Part shown: in pieces, positions 48,328 through 60,580 of the stretch
Position numbering within the stretch: position 1 is the stretch's first letter
How the letters are laid out: every line of letters begins with the position of its first letter
From: Minutocellus sp. GHC0000111
Lineage: Eukaryota
DNA length: 64,000 nt
Direction: 5' to 3'
NCBI GenBank assembly: GCA_977018835.1
Contig: OZ361256.1
Location: 2,790,001 to 2,854,000, forward strand
The notes under the pieces: model-generated
The model's database searches: none
The model's input: only the letters and a program-made list of their open reading frames with translations
Told to the model about the DNA's origin: nothing
Translations under genes and position numbers: made by a program

Positions 48328-50223
48328 CTACCTCTGTCTGTTATTTCTACTCCACTCTGGCGGTAGATCGCGTACCATCACATCAGCATTCGTTCCAACA
48401 AGTTGCCGAAACATACCTTTTGGCGCATACCTGCGAAGACTTTCTAACTGTTTGTCATTCAGTACCCCATCCTCGCAGCACAAACGGAAAACCTCTCTTG
48501 TTAGTTTTTCATGCTTTTCCCCCTTGCTGGTATTGTCAATGATAACAAAAAGTGGAGCATACTTGTAGCGGTCAATAGGTACATCGGGGTTCTTGCGCAG
48601 CTTTTCGAAAGTCATCAGTGCAACTCTGAGGGCCTCGTCTTTGCGTTTGGATGAGTTACCCATAGCAGCTCTTGCGCACACCTTGAGGACTGTGCCGTAC
48701 GATTGCGTATTTGGCGCAAGACAGGCCTCTCCATCTTTCCCTCTCTCTTCCATTTCCAATAGCATATTGTAGGCTCGAGGGGCTTTGTCTGGGATTCGGC
48801 TGACGGCAAGTGCGTTCATCAAGGCATTATATGTGATGTTGATTGGCTTGATGTCGCTGTATCTTGTTCCTTGCATACTTTGCATAAGGTTGAATGTTCT
48901 CATTGCATTATCATATGCCTTTGCGTCTCCACTTTTCGCCCAGGCGTCAATCACGGAATTGAAGCTTATATCAGTGAGAAGGCAATTCTCCCGACCACCT
49001 TCGTGTAGTTTCAACATGTGATGCAGTATCGCCTCGGCTCTTTGAGCCGCACCCTTATCTCCGCTCTTCGCCCATGCGTTCATTACAGCGTTGTAGCTGA
49101 TGGTATCGGGGCGCGCATCAACATTTCCTTGTCGGTACAGCTCTTCCATCTTTCTTAGAAGCTCCTCGGCTCTTTTTGGCGCTCCCGGATCTCTACTCCT
49201 TGCAAACGAAGTAATGACTGCGTTGTAGCTGTCTGCATTAGGAAGAGTATTTTTGTATCCTTGTTTGTGCAGCTCTTCCATCTTTTCGAGGAGCGCCTCA
49301 GCTCTCGTTGTGGCATCTTTGTCGTTGCTTCTTGCCCATGCATCAATGGCAGTAGTAAAGCAAGTGGTATTTGGCCGGCATTCCTCTCGACCAGCTTCCT
49401 GTAGCTTCAGCATATGATCTAGGATCGCCTCGGCTCTCTGTGCTGCTCCCTTCTCTCGACTATTGGCCCATGCGTTGATGACGGAGGTGTAGCTAATGGT
49501 ACTAGGGCGGACATCCTCAAGCCCTTCTTCGCTCAGCTGCTCCATGTGCTGCAAAATTGCCTCTGCTCTCTTCGGCGCCTCTCTCTTTCCACTTTTGGCC
49601 CATGCGTCGATAACTGCGTTGTATAGGATTGTGTCTGGTTTCACCTTTTCGTTTCCAGATTTCCACAGCTTTTCTAATCGCAGCAGTACCGCCTCTGCAC
49701 GTTCAGGCTCACCTATCTTTGCGTACGCGTCCTCTACCATGTTATAGGACTTGGTGTCAGGTGATAGAGCAGGATCTTTGGCGCATGCTTGCTCGGCAAA
49801 TGCAAGCAATTCATCGGCCCTCTTGGCAAATGTCGCATCCGGTCTTCGTTTCCCTCCTGCCCTTCGCGCCTGCTCGGCGGCCTTTTCACTAAGGAGTCGG
49901 TATGAATTCAGAGCGCCCCCCAAGAAGCGACTATCCTTCACGATATCAGCTTTTGCTTCCAACCTCCTCTTGACATAGTCACGGACCATCCGATCGGCAC
50001 GTTCGGCATCCTTGGCATTGTGATGAGTGACGAAGGGATCGAACCCGTCGTCTCCCAAAAGGCTGGCGTCGGTACGCGATGAGAGGAGCCTCGCCGAGCA
50101 CCTCAAAGCCAGTGTATCCGTGCCAGAATCCAGCCGACAATTGGTAGGAATCAGGCCGATTGGCCATCTGATAGATCTCGAGAGGGCCATAGATGAATAA
50201 AACAAAACCGCCGACGTCGTCAT
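48328..50223 (-). CDS. Pentatricopeptide repeat (PPR) protein, probably organellar
   Basis: About 9 repeats of P[DNS]T.[SL][YF]N.VI.AWA.S....A..RAE.[IL]L..M. Start at ATG 50223 or the next Met (MALSRSIRW). Confidence 0.92.
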   Translation of the reverse strand: MTTSAVLFYSSMALSRSIRWPIGLIPTNCRLDSGTDTLALRCSARLLSSRTDASLLGDDGFDPFVTHHNAKDAERADRMVRDYVKRRLEAKADIVKDSRFLGGALNSYRLLSEKAAEQARRAGGKRRPDATFAKRADELLAFAEQACAKDPALSPDTKSYNMVEDAYAKIGEPERAEAVLLRLEKLWKSGNEKVKPDTILYNAVIDAWAKSGKREAPKRAEAILQHMEQLSEEGLEDVRPSTISYTSVINAWANSREKGAAQRAEAILDHMLKLQEAGREECRPNTTCFTTAIDAWARSNDKDATTRAEALLEKMEELHKQGYKNTLPNADSYNAVITSFARSRDPGAPKRAEELLRKMEELYRQGNVDARPDTISYNAVMNAWAKSGDKGAAQRAEAILHHMLKLHEGGRENCLLTDISFNSVIDAWAKSGDAKAYDNAMRTFNLMQSMQGTRYSDIKPINITYNALMNALAVSRIPDKAPRAYNMLLEMEERGKDGEACLAPNTQSYGTVLKVCARAAMGNSSKRKDEALRVALMTFEKLRKNPDVPIDRYKYAPLFVIIDNTSKGEKHEKLTREVFRLCCEDGVLNDKQLESLRRYAPKGMFRQLVGTNADVMVRDLPPEWSRNNRQR

Positions 50224-51033
50224 GGGACCAGTAATAATAATAGGAGGAGTAGCTAGCCGTCCTCCGTCGCGTCCACGCGTACGCTTGTTGTGCTGACATG
50301 AAAAGAGTGGAACCGCTGAGCATGAGCCAGAGTGCGGCCTGCATGGTGCTGTATTATTGACCCTCACCCACAACATTTACTTGGCACCTCACTCTCCCGT
50401 CATGCCGAGACCATCACATCTTCCGGTCGGCGTCTCTGTGGTCGGACGGCGCGCCATTCATCTTCCACAAAGGGCGCGAAGCGAAGGACAGACTCTTTTC
50501 AAGCACTGGATTTTTCTGTTTTAGTGCCTTTTTGCGTTCGAGCCATTTCAGTCAAAACCGGAGCGGCGGCGGCAAGTGCAAGGGTACTGCAAGCAGCCTC
50601 CTTCCTCCAAGCCATCGCGGCATTTTCACGTTCCCACCACGGCAATAGACCACCCCTCGGTGCCTTTCACCGGTGTGTTGGTTCCATTTGATTGCCAATC
50701 TCTTTCGTTGAGTTCCACGAGGTCCCGTCAGCACCCTCGGCCTCCCGTCGTCGAACATAAATTTTATTCGTGTCCGCATAATTTTTATCATCCCCGGTCT
50801 TTCTCAGGATCCAGGCGCTTGCGCAAGAGTCGAGAGTCGAAATCAGTCAGTGAGAGCTTGCACTTTGCGAGATCGTCTGCATATCCTAGCAGTGCTTTCG
50901 TCGGGTACCGAAACTTAGCACATCTTGTGCCACAATAAGTCTTGGCTCAACCGCATTGCGATTGCATAAGCCCAGGGAACACGTACGCGTCCGCATTGCA
51001 TATTTATTTATTACCCCACAAACATTGCAAACC

Positions 51034-52718
51034 ATGGCATCCCAGCAGCAGCTCAAGAAGCGCCTCAAGGTGCTGATGGCCAAGCCGGAGAACATAGTCT
51101 GCTCCGACTGTCCCGAGCGGCAGCCTCGGTGGGCCTCCCTCATTGTTCCGCCGCCCGGCAGCCCCCCCGGCGCCCTGCCCATGGGTGCCTTCATGTGCCT
51201 GGAATGCTCCGGCAGTCACCGTCGGCTCGGTGTGCACATTAGCTTTGTGAGGAGTGTCAATTTGGACAGCTGTAAGTTGCGCTCTCGTGGGACATGATTG
51301 TTTCAAAAAGTGTGTTCATCTTGCGTATCTTTATCTCACATATTATGTGCTGCAATTTCATATATCGATCAATGAACCCAACAGGGAAGGAAAAGGAGGT
51401 CCTGGCCATGGAGAACGGCGGCAACAAGAAGGTGAATGCCATCTTCGAGGCCCATCTGCGCGTGCCCAAGCCGGAGGTACACGCCTCGGGACCGGAACGG
51501 GAGCGGTTCATCCGCGACAAGTACGAGCGGCGCAAGTTCTTCGATGCCAACGTCCTGCAGCAGTTCTATTCGGGACAGCTGGCGGCCGGGCAGGAGAGCT
51601 CGAGCGAGGAGGAGAGCTCCAGTGAGGAGGAGGCCGCTGCCGCACCCAAGCGCCGCAGCAAGAAGAAGGTGGTGGCACCCATTCGCGCCCCGTCGGAGGC
51701 TGCGCAGAAGCGCATCGATGCCCGGAAGAAGCGGCTCGGACAGGTGGCGGGCACGCCCAAGGCGGCTCCTCCGGCGGCTGCCCCGCCTCCGCCAGCTGCT
51801 GCCGAGGTCGATCTGCTGGGCTTTGACGCTCCCGCGCCGGTGGCAGCACCCGCTCCTGCACCGGCGGCTGCGGCTCCACCTCCGCCCCCGCCGGCCGATG
51901 CCTCCCCGCAGCTCGATCTGTTCGCCAACATGACCCTCTCGGCGAATGGTACGCCCCAGCCCAAGGCCGCCGCTCCCGAAGCTCCCAAGAAGAAGAGCAA
52001 CGACGACATCCTGGCCATGTTCAACACTGGCGCGCAGCAGCCTGCTACCAACCAGCAGGTTCCGCAGCAGCAGCCTAACACGCAGAACTTTGATGCCTTT
52101 GCGGCCTTTGGCAATGTCGGTGGCGGCGGAGGCGGTGGCGGTGCCATGATGGCCGGAAACGGCAGTACCAACGCCATGGGCATGGCGATGCCCGCCGGTG
52201 GCCAGCAGGGTGGCGTCAATATGGCCATGATGCAGCAAAACAACAACATGATGATGATGAAGAACAACGCCCAGACCGGTACCAACACGATGATGATGCA
52301 GGGGACCAATCCCGGTGGGAACAACATGACCATGATGATGCAGCAGCAGCCGCAGATGCAAATGCAGCAGCAACAGCAACGGCCGGGAGTAATGCTGCCC
52401 AGCGGCATGATGCAGCAAGGTGGCGGCGGCGGTGGTGCTGGCAATGCGAATCAAATGATGAACCCAATGATGATGAATCAGGGTCAGCAAATGGCCGTAA
52501 ACAGTCAGGGTTTCCCCGTTCAAATGGGCGGAGGTATGAACCAGAACCAACAGCAGCAATTCAACCAGATGGGCGGCATGGGCGGAATGGGTAGCATGGG
52601 CCAGCAGCAGGCTCCTATGGGAGGTGCACCAATGGGTGGCGCCCCCATGGGTGGTCCGATGGGTGGTAACAGCGGCGGGTCAAATGATCAGTTTGCTAGC
52701 TTTACCCCATGGCGTTAA
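51034..52718 (+). CDS. ArfGAP (SMAP/AGD-like) with a Met/Gln/Gly-rich C-terminus; intron 51272-51384
   Basis: CSDC...PRWAS...[54 protein letters not shown] and DLF adaptor-type motifs. Confidence 0.93.
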
Positions 52719-52853
52719 GTACTACGAGACTAAAACTTAATAATTGCGTAGGTACACCTTACTTAAAACTCCTTATACTATTGCTAATAGCAGCCGCACA
52801 CAAGCTATGTGATAAAATGTTGTATCAAATTTTGGTACCATCGAAGTTAACAA

Positions 52854-55355
52854 CTAAACGATCGTCCCCTTATGATTCTTGCGAGCACGAGACGACTTCT
52901 TGATACCTATGGACACCGAAGCAGAATACTTACTGGACGCCCCGCTTGTTGACGAGACGGCATCGCTAGCGCTTTCGAATCGCACTCTACTTTTTTTGTT
53001 CTTGCTCAATTCTTTGGCAGTTCTATTCTTCCGTTCCACAGCCAAAGCTCGCGTCATTGCCTCCATCCTAGCGGCCCTCTCCTTGTCTTTCTGCGCCCTA
53101 GTCACATATTTCGAGGCAAGGACACCGATGCCACCATCACCATCGCAAATGTTTCCTGCGACGGTATCGATTGCACCTGCAGAATTGTTGATATTGTAGG
53201 TTCGAGAGGTATTTTTGTTCACAGCGGTGGACAAGAGAGCAAGCTCTGAAACGGCTGTCAAGGCCGATGTTCCCGTGGCAGCGGTATAAGCGGTGAGATA
53301 CGCGGTCTCTTCCTCGTTCATTTGTTGCAGAGCCCTTTCACATCCATTCCGCCACGCCTTTGCTAATTCTTCTGGACTAGTCTGAGCAGGTTTGACTGGA
53401 CCATTTTCCTGCCTAGAGTCTGATTGAACATGTGAAGCCATACCCTCCATGGCCAGCCCGAGCTTGTTTTGCAACTTGAGAGTTTCAACGGCTTTCTGCA
53501 ACTTTTGCAGGCTATCAACTCCTTGCTCCGCATACCTCCCAAATTCAGGCATGCTCAAATTGAGTCCAGGCCCTTTCTCGGTTAGGGTAAAATCACTGTT
53601 GTCACTATCGGAGTCAGATGACTCCCCATCGAACGAATCTGCTCCCAGGTTATGATTGACTCCGGAGCATAAAATCGTGCTTCTGTTCAGACGTTTGTGC
53701 AGCAAAAGTCTATAACGTCGAACCTTACGCAGAAATTTGGTGCCTTTGCGGTCTTTGGTGACGGAGGAATACTTGCCATTGACAAGGGCCTTTAGCTTCG
53801 AGGGCGCATTCCGATCAAGACCTCGATCAGCCTTTGCATTGGTAGGACTCCCGAGCAGCCCAAAATCATCATCTTCTTCATCGTCATCGTCCTCGCCGTC
53901 AGGTATAACGCTATCAAAGATAAAAACTAGGTGCTCAACAACGGTATCGAGAATAGCATCGATGTCAGCAGCTTCAATGGATGAGACAATGTCTTCGGCT
54001 AAATCGTCAGCTAAGCGCACAGGCCCGGTGCCTTTGAGAAGGGGGATGATGCCGTTGGTGGCGTTAAGATCTTCCATACTAAGATAGCTTCCGTCAGAAG
54101 AAAACATACCGTCGAAGTATTCATCGTCGATACTCGGCAGGTTATCATCAGGAGAAATCACTCGGGATGCTAGGGTTCTTGGCTTTTGCAACTGGTCCTC
54201 GATCGGTGCTTCTTGCGATTCGTCAAGTCTCTCTTCTGGAGCTTCGTCTGGGTTCTGTAAGGGTGATGCTGATTCCAAGAGCGCATCTGGAGGAGTGATT
54301 GGTTCAATGTAAGGGATGCCGGCTGGCTCGTCCGTTGGTTTATTACAATCAGAAGAATTATTGTCAAACTGAGCCAACGAACAGAGCGAGAAGAAGGCGA
54401 CAAGGTCATTAATCTTCTCGCAAATGGCTAAGATCCCACTGAGAAAGTTTACCTTGTCCGTATTGGTGCTCTTGGGCAAGGCTATGTCGGTCGACGCCCT
54501 TACTTCAAGTTTGTCACAGAGAGGACCTCTTGTTGGCAACTTGGCATGGTTCATATTCTTGATGACCACCTCTATTTCCGGAATTATTTCCTTCTCATCA
54601 TTTTCGAGGTGGGCTAGGATGTCTCCTGGATGAAGAACTTTGCATGCTTTCATAGCCGAAGGAGATACGTCCACAACGCAGACGACGCCATCGGCGTTGT
54701 CCTTGACGATCAGTCCCAGAGAACCGAATTCATCGATGGTGATGTGAATGACAATATTTCTCTTCAAGGCTTTGATAGATCGAAGGGCGACAAAATGAAA
54801 GGGCCTTTTACTTGTCGCACATATCGCCTCGAATTGTGTCTCAATGTAGGGCGTGTACCGAGGCACATTGCGATTCTCTTCAGCAGACGTACCGGTATCA
54901 TCCTCTTCGATTTTCATTGTCCGAAGCGAAGTTGAAGTGGCGAAGTCGTAGGCAGCATCGGCAGACAGTGCGTCAGCACTTTCGGTAGAGCACCATTCTC
55001 GGTTTTCAACGCCACAGAGGAACGAGGTTGGTTGAAAATATTTCTCCATGTCATATCCAGATGCATGAGCACTTTGAATGCAGTGGTAATCGTCGCGTTG
55101 GACGACTAGGTTAACTTCGTCAGCTGTATCTGATGGGACGCGCATTTCCATGACTGCACCGATAGATGAATCGGCATCGCTATCCTCGGTGCCGTTGGCA
55201 TAAAAGCTTGAATCGTCATCATGGTCATCGGATTCCTTGCATGGGTTTGGGGCAGATTTTGGTTGCAGATGTAGACGCGCGTGGGAGGCCTTGAATGATA
55301 GATCTGTCACAAGGGTGCTCTCTACTGCAGATAGGGCAGAGCTTGATATCTTCAT
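52854..55355 (-). CDS. Hypothetical acidic protein with a weak PDZ-like segment; may extend upstream to about 55802
   Basis: 833-aa ORF; SLGLIVKD....VCVVDVSPSAMKACKVLHPGDIL resembles a PDZ core. Confidence 0.55.
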   Translation of the reverse strand: MKISSSALSAVESTLVTDLSFKASHARLHLQPKSAPNPCKESDDHDDDSSFYANGTEDSDADSSIGAVMEMRVPSDTADEVNLVVQRDDYHCIQSAHASGYDMEKYFQPTSFLCGVENREWCSTESADALSADAAYDFATSTSLRTMKIEEDDTGTSAEENRNVPRYTPYIETQFEAICATSKRPFHFVALRSIKALKRNIVIHITIDEFGSLGLIVKDNADGVVCVVDVSPSAMKACKVLHPGDILAHLENDEKEIIPEIEVVIKNMNHAKLPTRGPLCDKLEVRASTDIALPKSTNTDKVNFLSGILAICEKINDLVAFFSLCSLAQFDNNSSDCNKPTDEPAGIPYIEPITPPDALLESASPLQNPDEAPEERLDESQEAPIEDQLQKPRTLASRVISPDDNLPSIDDEYFDGMFSSDGSYLSMEDLNATNGIIPLLKGTGPVRLADDLAEDIVSSIEAADIDAILDTVVEHLVFIFDSVIPDGEDDDDEEDDDFGLLGSPTNAKADRGLDRNAPSKLKALVNGKYSSVTKDRKGTKFLRKVRRYRLLLHKRLNRSTILCSGVNHNLGADSFDGESSDSDSDNSDFTLTEKGPGLNLSMPEFGRYAEQGVDSLQKLQKAVETLKLQNKLGLAMEGMASHVQSDSRQENGPVKPAQTSPEELAKAWRNGCERALQQMNEEETAYLTAYTAATGTSALTAVSELALLSTAVNKNTSRTYNINNSAGAIDTVAGNICDGDGGIGVLASKYVTRAQKDKERAARMEAMTRALAVERKNRTAKELSKNKKSRVRFESASDAVSSTSGASSKYSASVSIGIKKSSRARKNHKGTIV

Positions 55356-56417
55356 GATTGCTTACAGGGCGTTGGACTTTTCTTTGCATTACTTGAATAA
55401 GTAGCTGCTCCGAGGAAAGATGAGGTTGTTGATTCCACTTCTTTCCCATTTGCCTCTCCTTCCTCGTCATGGTGCATGCGTTTGAGTTCGATTGTTACAA
55501 AAAGATTTGAAGTGCGCTCGACATTCATGGAATTGGGTGGCCCTCATTTTTAATATTTGGAAAGTGCAAAGGGAGACTGTGATCAATTGCTGACAATAGA
55601 TTACTGGCAGCAACGTGCCATGGTGCCAACTGCCTCCCAGTATGAGCTCGAATGAACCAAAATCGGACAATTTTCGGCGTCGTCTCCTATTCTCCAAATT
55701 GTGCAGCAAATGATGATGTGTCGCCTCCATCTCGTCATGTTTTGTTAGATGCCGATTGGCATCATCGTGCACCTTGTTCAGCAGTGATGTCTGATTGCCC
55801 ATCAGAAGCGCCGACAGGACGAGAAAGCAGGTGGCCGATTGCGAGTGCCGGCTTCGTTGTTGGCGGGGTTGGGGTTGGGGTTGGTGCTTTGTGCTGCCTT
55901 GGCGTTGGCGTTGGCGTTGGCTGCTGCTAATGCTGCGCATGTGGCGTCGCCATTGTCGCGCCCCCCGCCCATCATCGGGCGCTGGGCAGACTTTGACGAG
56001 GGCGCATTCCTGTCGTTCGAGGCGCTGCCGCGTACGGATAGCGGCACCATCATGCATCCTGCCATCGCATCTCTCCAAAGTACGAGCCTCGTAGCAAGTG
56101 TAGCCCTGCTGACTTGGCTGAGCGGGGGCCCTCGCCGATTTTTGTTGCCGGGATGCTCCGCAGAAATTCAAAAATATCCGCAAAACGATATCCTTGCGGT
56201 TTCGCCAGCGCCGTAAATTGATTTGGGGCGAGGCCGGGCCGGCTCGCGGGACCAGAGTGACGCCCATCGGGAAAGAAAATGGCGGCCGCCGGCCGGGCCT
56301 GCAGGCCGGCATAGCAACTCTCTTCTCGACCTCCCTTGACTGGAAGACTTACCTAGCTAGGTACCGACCAGCCCGCCATCTGTGCGTACCGTCAGCCAGC
56401 ATTCAGCCAGCGCAGCC

Positions 56418-59400
56418 ATGGCCGGCGGCTCGTCCTCCTCCTCAACGGTTGCGACTGCCGCTGCAGCGTCAGCGACCGACGACCCGCATTCCAACTCCTC
56501 CTCCAACAACAACAACTCCACCACCAACCCGATGGCCATGCCCCCCACCCCCAAGACCACCGCCCCCATGTCCTCCGCCCTGTCCCACCTCCGCTCCACC
56601 CTCACCTGCCCCCTCTGCGCTTACCCGTACACGTCGCCGCACACGCTGCCCTCCTGCGGCCACACCTTTTGCCTCCAGTGCATTAGTGATTACGCGTGCA
56701 ATTCGTGGGAGTGCCCGTATGCCGGATGCTGCGTTCCCATCACCATCGGCAAGGACTGCGGCGGGGGGGACGGGAGGCGGCGGGTGGGCGGCGGCGGGGT
56801 CAGCGGTGAGTGCCATTATGGCTGCGCGTCGCACGAATGCATTTCTGTTTGCAAATGGTTTTGCTATGCGCAATCGTCATCATGGCAATCAACTAACTTA
56901 ACTTTTGCTTACTCCATTTGCTCTGCCTTCCCTTCCATGATATATTGTTGTGAATGGCCGTTGATGATATACCCTATCATCGCGCAGGCAGGGGAGGTGG
57001 CTTTGTGAGGGCGAACCCCATCCTGGAGGGGTGCGTGAAGAGTCTGGGCCGGGTCCTCCGGGAGCTCAACGAGGCCGACGACGGGTGGTGGAGGGAGGCC
57101 GCCGACGTCAGGAGGGCCAAGGAGGGCAAGAAGGGCGGTGGTAAGAAAGGAGGTGATAAAAAGAGCGGTGGTAAAAAAAGAGGAGGCAGCGACCAGAGGA
57201 AGAGGTGCGGTGTCAACAGTGCGTCTGCGCCTGCAGGCAAGAGCAGCAAAAGCAAGAAGAAGAAGATGCTGGAGCTGTCGGACGTGTACTATCCCGAAGG
57301 CGGCGGGGCCAACGATGCGTGCGAGTATGATGATGATGGCAGCGAGGGTGGACATGCCAGGCGGTCGGCGGTCACCTTTGACGTGGGTGGTAATCTTGGT
57401 AAGGGTGGTGAGAGCAGCGACGACGACGATGACGAGGAGCCGGTCGATTTCAACCCCCCGTCCGACAATGACGAGGAGAAGGAGGAGGAGGCTCTGACCA
57501 CCACGCCCAACGAAAATGTTGGCGCCTCCTCCTCCTCCTCCCAAGCCTCGGCCGCATGTCCCGAGACGGCCACAAAGTCGCAGCGCGATGCTCTGCTGCT
57601 GCTCAGCGGTGCCAGTGCGGGTATGGGTGGTGGTGCTGGTACTGCCGCAGCCGCAGCCGCAGCTGAAGCCGTCGATACCACCGTCCTGCCCGGCGAACGC
57701 AACTCCCTCATGGGAGGGCTGGGCCTGTCGGCCCGATCCGCAAACGATGCCGACGGCACGCCATCCCACCATGACGAGCAGGGCCCAACGTTCTGGTCCG
57801 GCGCCAGCCAGCCCAACACCAACAACCACCTGGATCGGACGGTCCGTCCCGACGAGCGCGCCTCCCTCCTGGGCGGACTCGGCCTGTCGGCGGCGAGTGG
57901 GAGTGCTTTGGATCACGACCAAGATCGGGCCAGAGAGCCGAGCATTGCCGGTACCGATGCCGGTGCTGGTGCCAGTAGCGGCGGAAGGCGGTTGGACGCC
58001 ACCGTCCTCCTCGGTCAGAAGGATTCGCTTCTCAACAACAACAACAACAACAACTCCGACCTGGAGGACTTCTGCACCGCCGCATCGAAGCAGGACGTGG
58101 AGGACGAGGATCAGATGACCGACGGTACCGCCACGACCAACAACACCAACCGATACTTTACCGGTCGAGAGGAGGACGGTAGCGAGGAGGAGGAGGGCCA
58201 ACACGATGATGACAATGGAGACGACGACAGTGATGCTACCGACATCGACGAAGACGTCGTCGGCCAAGACAGCGAGGCGACCGTCTCGCACAGCATGCCG
58301 TCGCCGTCCACCGAGCGCAAGAGCAACATCAGCCGGAGCTGGAACAACAGCTCGTCGAATCTTCCTCGGCTCTCGAGGGTCGATACCATGGACTCCGCGG
58401 CCGGTGATGAGGCCAATCCATCCCGTCCAGGTGTCGGTGGCGGTGGGGATCTGTCAACTCTCGAGGAGGGCAGCTGCGAAACGTCCATGAATACGACCGG
58501 AACCTCCAATGTCAGTCATCAGGCCAAGGGTTGCGGTGGCCACGCCAATGCCGGTGCCGCCGCTGACGACACCATTCAGGAACCATCGCAGTGCCAATCG
58601 CTCGTCGGACACGTCCAGACCATGGAACGGCGACTCGATTCCGCCCTCGCCGATGCCATGCGTTCCCCGTCTCCCAGGGTCAACACCTCTGGCCGATCGG
58701 GGCTGGACCAGAGCTGTGCCATCCCACAAGGTGGTGACTTTGAGGTTGATGATGACGAGGGTCCAGTGTTTGGCTCACAGGGACTCAGTCCGATCATGCT
58801 CGCGGGCAGCCAGATGGACCCGACCTTCGATTATGGAGAGGAGGCCGAAGAGGAGGAATCTGATGAGGGCCAGGATCAAAAGCCGAAGGCAAAGTCAACA
58901 CAGAATGATCCAAAACCCATCGACGAATCCAAACCTGAAAGCCCACCCAACCGCGACAGCAAGAAGCGCAAGGCCGCAACTCCATCCAACACGGCTCGTG
59001 GCCTCCGCGAGTCGACGAGGGCGTCCTCTGCCGAATGCGAACCTCGTGTATTCTTCTTGTCACATTCGTCAGCTCTATCGGCTGCTCATGTTCGCACAGT
59101 CCGCAAGTGCATCAAATCCAACAAGTTGAGCCCAATCGGACATGGCGCCGACCACGCCAGTGGTACTGATAACTCCGATCTTGATATTCCGTACGACTTT
59201 GAGACCCCCAATGGCATCGCATCCTTCATCTCCGTCTTAAAGGCGACCAAGGATTCTGGTGGAACGGTTTACGGCGTTAGCACCAACAGCGAATATCAGT
59301 ACACTGATGGTTACATCGTGCCTCGGTCCTTCCGCTATTTGCTTGGTGTTGCGGCCGGTCTTCCTATGGTCGATATTGATTTTCTAACCAACAACGCCAA

Positions 59401-60136
59401 TGCCAACGGTAGAGGTCCGATGGGGAGATACTTACTCCCAGCAGGAGCCGGTACTACGGATAGCACTGACGGCGGTGGCCCCGACGATGGTGGGCGGTCA
59501 AAGAGAGCAAGAAGAGGTCCCTCCGACAATGTCGACCCTTTCAGAGATCCGCAGAGCGGCTGTCCTTATGTCGTCTGCGGCGATACGGATGCAAAGGAGA
59601 TCGGTGCTCCGCAACAATCCATCGCTTCCAAGCAGGGTCTCTTTGATGGTTATACAATCTTGCTCTTTGGCGACTTTGATCACATTGCACCAGCGACATC
59701 CAAGGCCGGCGGAAGGAAACGTCGAGGAGCTGCCAGCTCGGCCGCCAGTAAAGTGGACGATTCCAATCTATACAGCCAAGGCCGCGTTTCAGTGCTACTT
59801 CAACTCAGCGGTGCGACCGTGGCCGGCCTCAAAGATGTTGTTGAGGCAAGTGAGGCGAAAACATCATCATCGTCGACAGCAGTTCCATCCACCATCCAGA
59901 ACGTTATGGCTGTTATTCAATCGGCAAGTGGTAGACGAACAAATGATAACATTGTCGTTCTTGTAAAATGCAAGGCCACCGCAAAGGATTATAAGCAAGC
60001 CAACAGGTACCTCAAGGACCACAAAGACTCACTTGGTTTGGTCGATTCTAGCAAGGTCCCCGTCCATAGCGCTGACTGGGCGTTGGATTCCATCAGCGAC
60101 TTCTCCCTAAGAAAGTGGGATGAGTACTCCAATTAG
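56418..60136 (+). CDS. BRCA1: BRCA1/BARD1-like protein: N-terminal RING, long disordered middle, tandem BRCT; intron 56806-56987
   Basis: LSHLRSTLTCPLC..TLPSCGHTFCLQC..CP (RING); PRSFRYLLGVAAG, GAP...GLFDGYTILLFGDF, LLQLSGATV and PVHSADWALDSIS match BRCA1-type BRCT blocks. No ankyrin repeats are visible. Confidence 0.75.
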
Positions 60137-60580
60137 AACCGAAAGGTCTAATAGTTCATATCTTTAATTTCATATTTCAAGTACCGGTAAAGCCAGTTAA
60201 ATCTGGAAGGGATCTCTCACCGTGGCCTCGGTCTCGTCTCCAGCTTCCGATACTTGACTCATTCGACTCTGATTCCAACGACAAAAATCTCGGCGACGAG
60301 CTTTTCCCACCTTTTCCTTCATTTTGACGGATACTGCCGAGCCGGTTGCTAAGTTCATCGGCGCACCATTCCTACTGGCCGCGCAGTGATGTTGATGCGA
60401 TGTTCAATAATCGGCGCAGCCTTTTCTTCGACGTACCAGGAATCTTTCATTTTCCTTTCCCAAGATGGCCATTTCACACATCTTTCTCGACGAATAAAAC
60501 TGCCGGTACTGAGTAGTAGATATTTCTCCCACTCAACTTCGTACCTAGAAGGTACGAGCTAGATCCAGCTACTAGAAATA

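Noticed and set aside
55855..55925. Hexamer repeats (ttgggg/ttggcg) as telomere-like sequence
   Set aside because: Only a few mixed copies in an internal position; ordinary microsatellite.
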